Shown here one piece after another: positions 1 to 11,051 of a stretch of 64,000 bases of DNA (positions within the stretch are counted from its first letter, which is position 1; each line of letters begins with the position of its first letter). The notes beneath the pieces are model-generated. The model saw nothing but the letters and a program-made list of their open reading frames with translations, searched no databases and was not told the DNA's origin. Source of the stretch: Azolla caroliniana (lineage: Eukaryota > Plantae > Polypodiophyta); contig JBHGNT010000013.1 of NCBI GenBank assembly GCA_043228905.1, positions 9,114,001 to 9,178,000 of the forward strand. The letters are read 5' to 3'. The position numbers and the translations under genes were made by a program.

Positions 1-469
1 CTAGGTCTCTAAATGCTTGTCTATGTTGTATGTGTGCATCTTCGGCCTTCTCTCCGTACTGTGGATCTCCAAGTTAAACATGGAGGCTTTCAAAAGGAAG
101 CTAGACACAGTCATGGGAGTGAATTGCAATGGAGAAGTGAAGGTCGTGAAGAGGAAGTATTATGTTCTTTTCAACTCATGAAAAATGGACTTAGGAGCAT
201 GTTGGAAGAATATGAGGAAGCAAAAGAGAAAGGGAACAAAACAGAAATGTAATCCAAGAGCTGACTGAGGAAGTGTTGGCTGAGAGATGGCCTGGAAAGC
301 AGTTGAGAAGAGTTCAAGCCAACTGAGACAACCAGAGAATTCTGGCTGAGACAGCCGACCAGATAGGGCTGGCCCTACAGATGGTTCGACGGACGAAGAT
401 GATCGGCGTCTGACAATCAACCGGACACAGAAACGGCCACAAATAAACCCAAAACAACTAAAAGAGAGG

Positions 470-1260
470 GTTGAGATGCGGCCGAGAGCCGAACGTCAGT
501 CAAGACGTGGCCAAGCAGCTGCCAAGAAACGACCGAGAGCCATCTGCCCATCGTTGCGAGATATGGTCGACTGACGGCTGAGACGTAGCCAAGAAAGCGG
601 CTTAGAAGCCGAAGCCGAACCACGACCGCGAGAAGGCCGGACAGCGGCGGAGAGTACGGCTGAAGTCCCGTAAGTGGCCGGAAAGTCACGACCAAGCAGA
701 GAACCGGCCGAGCCCGTCAAATAGTAGCCGCCGAACCCACCGAGTGATGGCCAAGTGAGAGACCCTGCGTGACGGCCGAGACAAACCGAGAGTACGGCTG
801 AGAAATGTGGCCAAGAGTGTGGCGAAGAGTCGGCCAAATGACGGCCAAGAACCGTGCGAGAGTTGGCCAAGTGACATCAGAGAAAGGCAGACAACGACGG
901 CCAACAGTACAACACAACAAATAAATGGCCGAGATATGGCCAAGACACGGCTGCGAGAGGGCCGAGAAGCAGAGAATCGGCCCAAGCATGGCGGAGAAAG
1001 CGGCCAAGAAGCCGAGCAATGGCCGAGTGTCAGCCAATATATGGCCGAGAGCGACAGCCGAGCACTGAGAATAGGCCGAGAGACGGCCCAACAAGAGCGG
1101 ACGAGATACAGTCGGCCAAGCACTAGCATGGTTGCCAAGATAGTCGAGAGCCAAGCGACGACCGTGGACGACTACTACCGAGAAAGGCGACGGCCAAACA
1201 GACGATGGGGGACATCAAACAAAGAAAGTCGACAGACAGGCCACGGACAACAGGCCAGCT
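470..1260 (+). repeat. Degenerate GC-rich repeat built on CGGCCGAG/TGGCCAAG units
   Basis: Dozens of imperfect (C/T)GGCC(G/A)AG motifs. The same tract is inverted at ~26090-26760 and a related one lies at ~38160-38800. Confidence 0.8.
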
Positions 1261-2106
1261 GGTTGATGAACAGAAAATCAAGCTGACAACCACCAAAAAG
1301 AAGTAAAGAATCAAGAACAAGAAGAGGAAGAAGAAGTGGAGCCATGGAAGCTGCAGTGGTTGCTGTAAGCAGATGAAAACACGAAGACAAACGAAACAGA
1401 GAACAACAACACACAACAAGAGACGAAGGGAAGGAAAACGAAGATAGAGCATTAGAAAGACGATGATGAAGAAGAAAGGACCTACATAGAGAGACAAACA
1501 GACATTCGATTGAGACAGCCCGGATGGAGTAGGAGATGATTGAACCAAGAAAACTAAGGAAGAAAGGAAGAAGAAGAAGACAAGGCATTGTTTCTGTCGC
1601 AACAGAGATGGAAGAGAAGGAGAAGAAAGAAGAACAAAGAGGAAAGAATGAAGAAACCGAAAACTAAAAAGAAGAAGAGAAAGGGAAGGGCATCACCGAG
1701 AATTTCAGAAGTTTCAGGGCACGATGGAAAATTTCAAAAACCAAAGTGAAGAAAGTTAAAAACAAAAAAACATAAGGGTAGTTATTAAAATTTCAAAAAT
1801 TGAGACTACGACATAGAAGTTCGGAAACCGAATGGCTCAAAACTCACTACCACTCCCAATAATGTAGAAATACATATATATATATATACCCACAATCTTT
1901 TTAAACCCTTAATGACTTTATCACAATGGACGAGCCGATTGGTGTATGATCCAATCGTGCGTTATGCTGACAGAATGAGAAGGTTCGTGTCAAGCCAGCT
2001 CCGATCGAAGTTATCGATCGTCGAGAAGTGTTCCCGTCGAGGGATTTCCGACTGTCGAGAGAAGATCGTTGAAGTTTTCGGTCAATAAGTTTTTGGCATG
2101 GGCTTT

Positions 2107-2146
2107 GTGGGATCGACGTGCAAAGCACTATCCCACGGGCGTGTTA
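2107..2146 (+). other. tRNA-Arg 3'-half-like structured motif at the PPT position (copy 1, CCA decayed to TTA)
   Basis: GTGGG-ATCGAC-GTGC AAA GCAC-TAT-CCCAC-GGGCGTGTTA, then GG, then the LTR start TGTTACCCG at 2149. Confidence 0.7.
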
Positions 2147-2148
2147 GG

Positions 2149-2470
2149 TGTTACCCGTATAGGTATACGGGAGGGTTAAGTGTAATGTGGAATATGAAAT
2201 GTGAATGTGTGAGTGTTAGGTGAGGTAAGTAGGTGTACCTACATCCATTCGGCTTTTTGTAAAGATCTTATATAAATCCTCACTCATGGGGCATGAAAAT
2301 ATGGAATATTGAAGCTACCCACAAACTGTGTATGTCTTGATTTTCTCTCTCTCTCTCTCTCTCATTCGTTCTCTCTGTGCATCTCATCTCTCCATCTCTC
2401 CTCTCACACTCGAACCCCCTTGGGAGGGGGGTGGAACCGATCTTGGCTCCATCCCCCACCCATAAACACA
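2149..2470 (+). repeat. LTR, family A (322 bp)
   Basis: TG...CA ends (TGTTACCCGT...AAACACA), TATAAAT near 2271, and the CCCCTTGGGAGGGGG block shared with the LTRs at 25162, 27688 and 37175. Followed by a PBS. Confidence 0.85.
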
Positions 2471-2473
2471 ATT

Positions 2474-2486
2474 TGGCACGCCCGGT
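2474..2486 (+). promoter_or_regulatory. Primer-binding site, tRNA-Arg(TCT) type
   Basis: TGGCACGCCCGGT, 3 nt after the LTR. Complementary to the plant tRNA-Arg(TCT) 3' end ...CC(A/G)GGCGTGCCA as recalled. Confidence 0.8.
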
Positions 2487-2659
2487 TACAGTTGTGAGTG
2501 CACAACGAACTTCGTTGAAGGTAACCACCAGCCGCCGTTACAGCACCCTCTCGCACCACGAGGTCTCGGCCACCCGCCCGACGCCCTGAGCCAATCGAAG
2601 GAACTTCCGACTCGGCGGTAACTGACCAATCCTTTCCCGAGCAATCAGAGGCTTCCCCA

Positions 2660-5600
2660 GTGCAATCCTCGCCACCAAACACTCGATCGCGTGTTGATTC
2701 ACCACCAAAACCCCCGTCGAGCCCTCCGGAGGTCAATCAACCGGAACTAAACCCTTTTTTGGTGCTACCAGAAGAACCAGAGTATGTCGTACCCATACCC
2801 ACGATACACCGACGGACCAGACGCGGAGTCACACATCCGTGCCATCCTTGCAAACCGCTCTTCCCCAAGAGGACAATCGCTTTCGCCAAGCCCTCCAATG
2901 CACGGCGTGTTCAGGATCAGGGCACCTGGCCCTTGAATGTCCCCACCGACCACAGTGTCCGATCTATCAGTCTCGAGCTCACACGGTCGAGCAGTGCGAA
3001 TATAATATGCTGAACCGCACAACGGTGGCACTGGTCCGCTAGATCGAACCACGAAATACATACTCTTGGCAGGATGAGCGATATGTCTACCGAGACCAGG
3101 ATAACGACTGACCGCGATCCCCGAATCGACGGCACCGAGACGACGACTACCGACGTGATGACCACCGTGATCATTATCATGATGACTGGCACAACAATTA
3201 TGCTCGATATGATGACGATTGCGATGACCGGTATGACCGACGGAACTCACGCATTGATCGGCGAAACGGCAACCGCAACACACGCAACAATAGAAGACCT
3301 AATGACAACCGTCGACGGGACGCTCCTCAAAATGACCAGTGCAACTCCAACGCACCTCGGAACAACCCACCACCAAACGAGACTGAGAATCAACAACAAC
3401 AGCTTCCACACAGACCGAGCGTACACCAGCAGCTCGGCCAACGTGACATGTTTTAAATGTAACCAACTAGGCCACTACGCCACGCAATGTCCAACAACGA
3501 ACCGTGGCAAGGCAGCAACGGTGAACAGTATCATGGCTGATGTTCAAACGGTCACTACTCGGAGTAAAGCGCAGACTACTCAGTGGCAAATCTAGGATGA
3601 AGTCCGTCAGGCAGCAAAAGAATGGATCGACACGGCCAATAAAAATAATGTCGTACGCATGCAAACTGACATGAGAGACGGGCCCAGTGAAGTACCACAA
3701 ACCTCGGCACCATCCACGTCATCGGAGGACGACCAGCTATGGGATGTTCTTACCAACTCCCGCATCTCGCTGCCCCTACATAAACTGTTACCACTCATGC
3801 CGAGATTTCGGGACACCCTGGCGGCACTCCAGGCCATTACTAAGCCTGTGACGCCACCGGTACACCTCACCGAAGCAGGAACTGGTCCACCACTCATGGA
3901 TTCTTAGAACCCAGCCGTGCGAATCATCATTAAGGGACAAGACCTGCACAGATGCATCATCGACGACAGATCTGGCGTAAACATTATTAGCCAGTCAACG
4001 TGTCTCAACCTCGGCCTGAATCAATGGGAACCATGCCCCTTTTGGCTTCGGATGGCCGACACCCGCTCCGTTCGCCCCATTGGGTTAATCCGCCATCTCG
4101 ACTTCACACTCGGAGGCCACATGTTCACAATCTCGGCCGTCGTGCTAAGACTAGAGACACAAGGCGCCTACCCAATGTTACTAGGTCGACCATGGTTGCG
4201 TACAACGAATATCAAGCAACATTGGCAACGCAACATGATCTCGTTCCGAAGAGGCAAGACAAAAGTCTGAATCATCACTGAAGAAAGAGTCCCCATCACC
4301 CTCAACACTTCACCGTTATACGCAGAAGGGGTCCATATACTTGACGGTTCGGCCGATGAGGAGGTCAATGACTTCCTCGATGATCATCCCACGATCATCC
4401 CTCTCTTCGAAATCAATGCCTTACCAACCATCGAGCCATCTAAAGACGAGGAAGTCACGGAGGAGTCACCACCCCAAGATGAACCAGATCCAAACACAGT
4501 TGCCGAGCTACGTCATGCTTGGGAGGCTTTCGAACACGAACTCGCCATTTCACAATGAGTGAAAGCATCAACCCTGGAAACAATAAACCTTGGTTCGGAC
4601 GAGAATCCCCGTATGTTACAAATTGCCAATAATCTACCAATCGGAGAACGGGCATGCTTCGTAAGATTGCTCACCGACTACCAGGATGTTTTCGCTTGGT
4701 CTTACACCAATATGAAGGGGATGGATCCGCAATACTACCAACATCAAATTCACATCTTACCCGATACTCGGCCGGTTCAGTAGAGGCGCTACAGGATGAA
4801 CCCCAACTACGCCGCTAAAGTCAAAGAGGAAATCGACAAACTACTATGAATGGGCTTCATTCGCCCTGTTAAACAGGCCACGTGGTTGAGCCCGATCGTA
4901 GTGGTCCCAAAGAAGAACGGAAAAATCCTCGTCTGCGTCGACTATCGGAAGCTTAACGCGGCAACAGTCACCGACGGTTTCCCTCTCCCATGCACGGACA
5001 GCGTCCTCGACACGGTAGCCGGCCACGAATGCTACAGTTTCCTCGACGGGTTCAACAGTTATAACCAGATAAGAATGCACCTGGAGGATCAGGAGAAAAC
5101 CGCTTTCGTCACGGAATGGGGTGTTTTTGTAGCAAAAGTAATGATGTTCAATCTAAAAACGGCGCCGGCTACGTTCCAGCGCATCATCACCGAAATCTTG
5201 CATGACTACATCCCGGTGTTCATGCAAGTCTTTCTCGACGATTTCGGTGTGTATGGCCATCGACGGGAACACATGACCCAGTTACAACTTTGCCTAGATC
5301 GATGTCGCCAAGCTCGATTGAGTTTAAACCCAACGAAATGCGCGTTCTTAGTCACTAGCGGCAACCTTCTCGGCCACATTGTCAGTCAAGAAGGCATCGC
5401 TATGGACCCGGATAAAGTAAAGGCAATCCTGACCGCCACCGCACCATCGAATGCTAAGGCACTAAGCCGTTTTTTGGGATAGATCCGGTGGCACAGCCGA
5501 ATGATACGACACCTGGCCGATTTCGCGACACCTTTACACGCGGCAGTCCATCGCCTTCCTTTCCAATGGACGTCAATCGAGGACACGGCCTATCAGACAC

Positions 5601-7426
5601 TGAAACGAATGCTGTCACATGCCCCGGTGGTCCAGTCTCCACTTTGGTCCGAACCATTTCATGTCTTCGTAGATGCTTCGGACATCGCCATCGGAAGTGC
5701 CCTGATGCAATGCACACCCCCGAATTGGTATAGGCCCATGTACTACACCAGCCCACGGCTCTCGACCGCAGAAAAGAATTACTCCACCACCGAGTGGGAG
5801 GCCCTTGGTATGATTTATAGCATCACTAAATTTCGGCATTACCACTTGGGCCGAAAATTTACCTTTCACGTGGATCACTCGGCCCTTCTTTATTTGGTCA
5901 ATAAACAAGCCCTCACCAGACGGTTGGCTCGGTGGATGCTCCTACTACAAGAGTTTGATTTCCAGATTCAGCATCGACCCGGGGTACAACATGCCGTCGC
6001 CGACTACTTGAGCCGTCTTGAGTCAGGGGAACCGACGAAAACAACGTACGACGAGCTACTAGACGCCAGCCTATTTAACCTGACCACGATACCAGACAAT
6101 AACGGAGATGAATGGATCACGAAGATGACCCATTTTCTCACTACCGGTGTACCTCCCGAGCACATGCCCCTTGACACGAGAAAACGCCTAGCAGTGCGTA
6201 GTCGGAATTTTTGCCTCGTCTCGGACATTCTCTACCACAAAGGCTCGGACGGCATATGGAACCGAGCAATTCGGCAATTCGAGAAGAACGCCGTTCTTCA
6301 GGAAGCCCACCAGGGAGTAGCTGGGGGGCACTACGCCGAGGATTCCACGGCAAGGAAAGTTTGGCAAAGTGGATTGTGGTTGCCGACAACGAAGAAAGAC
6401 GCTCACGAGTTTTGCCGATAGTGCGATTTGTGCCAAATACTGGGGCAACCAATGGAACAGTCACGGATGCCACACCAGCCGATTCTTCCGTTGGACCCAT
6501 TTCAAAAATGGGGTTTGGATTTTGTAGGCCCTTTCAAACCACCCGCGGCCCGTACAGGGAATAGGTATATTATCGTTGCCACGGATTCCTGCACCAAATG
6601 GGTCGAGGCTAAGGCACTCCGAGACAACACGGCGACATCCACGGCTAAATTCGTGTACGAGCACCTCTGGTGCCGTTACGGATGCCCAATCGAGCTCGTT
6701 AGTGATCAAGGTGGGCACTTCATTAATCATATAATACGTGAGCTTACACACCACTACGCGGTGGTGCACAAGAAAAGCACACCATACTACCCGCAGGCGA
6801 ACGGCTTGGTGGAATCGACCAATAAAATCCTCCAAACCATACTAAAGAAGATCGTCAATGAAAACAGGACCGATTGGGACGACAAACTCTAGAGCACACT
6901 GTGGGCGTATCGTACGACTTTCAAAAGAAGCTTCCAATCAACCCCCTTTTGAATGGCGTTCGGGTTAGAAGCCGTAATGCCCGTCGAGTTCCAAGTCCCG
7001 AGCCTCCAAGTTCAAATCATAGCACGGCTCCCCGAGGCCCAATCCGAGCAATACCAGTTGGAACAACTCCTTGAACTCGGCGAAGATAGGATAGAGAGTA
7101 TGGCCCAACTCGAACAACGCCAATGGCAACGCAAGGCTTTCGTGGATCGACATCGACACGGGCTAGAAAAGGAGCTCACCATCGGCAAACCGGTTCTTCT
7201 TTTTCAAACGCGACTCGGTTCTATGCCGGGAAAATTAAGATTTCGGTGGACCGGTCCATTCTGGATTATCGACGAGTTCAACGGGACGTTCCAGCTTGGC
7301 ACACTCGCCGGCGACACTGTCAAAAGCTGGGCCAATGGGTTCCGACTTCGACCATATCGAGGCACTACACCACCCAACCCGTTTCGGGAAACCACCACGG
7401 AGGAGGCCACGTGTCCCCCTGAATAA
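2660..7426 (+). pseudogene. Ty3/Gypsy gag-pol (non-chromovirus, Athila/Tat-related, no archaeal RNase H), decayed
   Basis: Zn knuckles CTACSGSGHLALEC and CFKCNQLGHYATQC; protease IIDDRSGVNII; RT SPIVVVPKKNG...FLDDF; RNase H FHVFVDAS; integrase GGHY...C..C, WGLDFVGP, SDQG, YPQANG, WTGPF. Many in-frame TAG/TGA stops. Most of the capsid domain appears deleted near 2843. Confidence 0.95.
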
Positions 7427-7948
7427 GGACTCACCCACCTTCTTGAAATTAATAAAAGTAGTAGTAGGTAGGATTAACCATAGTTTAGCCACCGATTAGC
7501 TACAACTACACCACCCACCTAGGCACCCACAAATTTAGGAGCACCCCTCGCCACCACTCATTTAGTACCTATTTAAGCACATGCAAAGCACTAGAAGCAC
7601 CCCACTTACCTTCTGGACACGTGGTGTTAGTCACTTATTATGGCACCCACGACTCAGAATCTTCAGGATTCGCTTCAGGCACAAAACCCTAGGAGTAAGT
7701 TACTAAAACCGTCTCCAAAACGCAGCACAAACACAGAAGTTCATTATCGCTCCCAATCTTCATCGCTCTCAAGCTCAGAAACCCCGTCTCGCTCTCATCG
7801 CTCTAAACACTCTTGCTCTCAAGCCCTCTTTCGCTCTCATAACCCCTCTGCTGAACTTCCCCTTCCTGCTGTTGCTCCTCTGTCTCGCCCTCGCCTCATC
7901 ACTCTTCTTCACGCTTCCACACAGTCAAACCCCGTCTCCATCTCCACC

Positions 7949-10900
7949 ATGCCTCTTACCGCTTCAACAGAAACCCGCGCCTGGCTCCAGGGCGGTTACC
8001 TGAAGATCATCGATGCCCCCCCGCACCTAGATGCCCAAGGTGTGGCTAAACGTATTTGTCCCGAAGCCATCACCAACAACGTGCTTCGGGCTGTTTTGGA
8101 CCTGCAACGGGGAGGGGACCATGAGGTCGACCTACCCCCGGCATCGAAGATGAAAGCGTACTTCGGTGAGTACTCAGCCTCAGGGAAGGCATATCGCACG
8201 TATGGCGGTCCCAACAGAGCTTTCGGGGAGATTGCTCGTATATTAATGGAGTAAGCATTCGTGCATACGAACCCAACGAGCATGCCGCAGAACAAGGAAG
8301 CCATCATCATCAGCGCGTATGAAGGAAACAGAATCGATTGGGGAATCATCACAAGCGAAGGACTCCGCGCCGCCTTAGCTTCATTTCAGTCCGGTAAGAA
8401 GATGTTGTCTGTTCTTACCCACTTTTTGATGGTTCTATACCCACCCTCTTCTCTTCCTTCCCCTCGCACACTCACGTCCCCACTACCACCACGAAGGCAA
8501 AAAGAGAAATTCGTTGCCATCAGCCACGAAGCATGGGAGGAGCCCACATCGCCTCCAGCTCCTACCGCCGACCAAAACCCCGCATTTGCACCACCACCCA
8601 CCCAACCTGCCAGGAATGGGAGGAGGAGGTAGCCACGGAGGACAAGACGGCAGATGATGTCACCATTCGACAGCCAACGTCGCGCCCCTCGGTACCTTCC
8701 CCAGGGCCTAGCCCACGCCCCAACACACAACAGGCAGCACCACCACGACCCTAGAAAAGGAAGCAGGCGGAGGAAACGAAACTAAAGGCCCCGGAACCCC
8801 AAACACAGCCGAGCAAGAGAAGACGACTCAACCGCGAGTCCTCGGCAGAACAGACAGAGCCACAACAGGAGCAAGCCTTAGTTGTCAGACAAAGCAACCT
8901 GGCCATCATCCTTGAGGAGGCATCGCTGAACCAGGGAAAGATCGAGCATGGGCAAACAACGCAGATCTCGGAGGATGAAGTCCTCGGGTATAAAGACCTC
9001 CCCACGGAGGCTTACGAATTTAGTGTGCTCCTACGCCTCGGTACGACATTCGAGCTGGTCGACTTCCTCGCCAGAGCCCAAGTCGCGGCAGCCGCTCGAA
9101 TGGCGAAAGAGCACGCCGAAACAAAAATGATTCAACGTGCGCTAGTAGGTGAAATTGAGCCCCAGGACGATAGGGTTTTACAAAAAATCGGGAGAAAGAA
9201 GCAGGCAAAACAGGCCGCTCTCCTCATGGAGGCTCCCGAGTTCAACACGGCCCTTATCGAGGCATATAGGGACCTGGATCGCACTACGCGGGCAGCCAAA
9301 GACATGGCCCGAAAGATAAAAATAGCCAAAAAACAGGCTAAGATGGCTACAGAATTATGGCACGCTGCGAAACAGAAGCTGGCAGCCTGGGAGCAAAACC
9401 GGTCGGAACAACAACTCTTGAGCCTTCCGGCCACGACCACCGAGGCCCTCCCAGCCCCTCCACACATAACAATGATGGATGAAAGCACCGTCACAGATTC
9501 AATCCTAACGATGCAGGACAGTACACAAATGGACTCGTTACAAATGGTCGATGCTTGCACAACAACCGAGGCGGCCACGCCCATGGAGAAGACCGAGATA
9601 CCACCCCCTCGTGCGCCCAAGGAGGTGGCAACCCAGACAGAACCCCCGCCCCAGGATTACCGCGCGGAGCTTAAAGAAGAACAACGGCGAACCGAGAGAC
9701 ACGAACAACGGCATCAGGAGGCGATGGCTCGCCTAAAAGAAGAAGCTTCCAAGCAGATCGAGATTAGAGCCCAGGCCGACCAAAGGATACACGAGCAGGA
9801 CGAAGCACTGGGCTGGGTACAAGCGCAAGCCGCGGGCAAAGAAGCCGAACTCAAAAGCAAGCTGGAGGAATACGCAACCATAGTGGCAAAGAAAGAGAAG
9901 GAGTTCCTAGACCTACAGGCCGCGCTCGACAATGCGAAAGACTGGAACCATCGGCAGAAGGAAAGAAATCGCCAACGGGAGGAGAGAATGATCGCGGAGA
10001 ATGCCGAGCTACAGAGTCAGCGTACTTTCGGAGCAAAAAGACGAATTATCGGATTCCTACTTCGCCCTACAAGAAGAGAGAATCGTTGAACGGGAACAAG
10101 TCCGGGCCGCTTGTCAAAAAGAACGGGAGCAAGCCACCGAAGAACTCACCAAACGTTACGAGCAGGCTATCGAGCTCGTAACCGCAGAAGCAAAGAACAC
10201 TCAAGCCATCTATGAACTACGAGCAAAGAAGCTTCAGGCTGAGGTCGACGGCTTAAAACAGGAATTAGCAGCCATCCGAGCACAGCCCGGCATGGATGAG
10301 ACGCATCAGAATACTGATCGAGAAACAGCGCCAACACCTTACCAAAAAGGTCGAGGAAACATTAAGTCGCGCAGGAGACAAATGGGCAGCCCAAGTTGCC
10401 GAATTGCATATTTTACGCGCCGATGCCGAGAACCGACGGAAGGAGGGTCGCGGCTTCTACAAAATGGACGAAGCCAGCATACAAAACCTGCGTGTAGATT
10501 TAACCGAGGATTACAAGTCCTTGGCAAAATCTCACACCGCGGCAATCGAGCAAATAATGGAGGACTTCAATGACGATCATATGATGTTTCGCCTGGAAGC
10601 AGAAGCCTTCGAACGAGAACGACTCGCAACCATCCCCACCAGCCCTCCAACGGCCACAAAGCAGAAGGAAGAACCTTCCAGTAAGGAGATCACGGACACG
10701 GCACAAGAGGAACTTGCCCCGGCTAACAGACATCCCATGGACGCCCACACGGTACCAGATCCAATCGAAGTAGAGATCAGCGCCCTCGAACCCACACCCC
10801 CACCAGAAGAATCGGTCGCACCTGAGGCGGACGCCCGAGAAGATATGACACCCTCGAACCACACTCAACCCCCCGCACCGACAGTCCAACCAGACCACCC

Positions 10901-10952
10901 TACCACCACCCTAGACCCCGAAAACATCCTCGACATCTTAAAAGAGGAATGA
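7949..10952 (+). pseudogene. Extra sense ORF 3' of integrase (~1000 codons: globular N-terminal domain, Pro-rich linker, long coiled coil), with stops and frameshifts
   Basis: ORF pieces 7640-8254, 8261-8632, 9025-10089, 10001-10573 and 10296-10952. The N-terminus aligns with 63177-63773 (GYLKIIDAPPH/GFLRIVEAPPH; EYSASGKAYRT/EYSLASKAYRT; AYEGNRIDWGII/TYEGVQVDWPVI). Confidence 0.8.
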
Positions 10953-11009
10953 AACGAGGATCACACCTAAAAGGCAATTTTTGTAATATTATTAGTATTT
11001 TTGTAAGTC

Positions 11010-11049
11010 ATGGGTCCGACGGACAAGGTCCTGTCCCACGGGCGTGCCA
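11010..11049 (+). other. tRNA-Arg 3'-half-like structured motif at the PPT position (copy 2)
   Basis: ATGGG-TCCGAC-GGAC AAG GTCC-TGT-CCCAC-GGGCGTGCCA, then GG, then the LTR start TGTTG at 11052. No purine tract is present. Confidence 0.75.
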
Positions 11050-11051
11050 GG

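Larger units (their letters stand above)
1..2470 (+). mobile_element. 3' part of a non-autonomous LTR retroelement (family A): non-coding interior plus 3' LTR
   Basis: The interior (CGGCCGAG-rich tract, purine-rich tract, conserved 1901-2148 block) and the LTR match the reverse complement of the complete TSD-flanked element at 25162-28050. There is no credible ORF. The 5' end lies outside the window. Confidence 0.8.

Noticed and set aside
13-1602. Many overlapping short ORFs on both strands
   Set aside because: They arise from GC-rich repeats and purine-skewed low complexity and show no domain motifs. The same applies at 25879-27560 and 37943-39411.
3593-6953. Programmed stop-codon readthrough in pol
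   Set aside because: The stops are numerous and mostly CAG>TAG, CGA>TGA or TGG>TAG, as expected from methylcytosine deamination in a dead copy.
9025-10952. Host myosin/SMC-like gene or retroviral env
   Set aside because: It lies between pol and the 3' LTR, has no introns, and has no signal peptide or transmembrane anchor. Coiled-coil similarity is non-specific.
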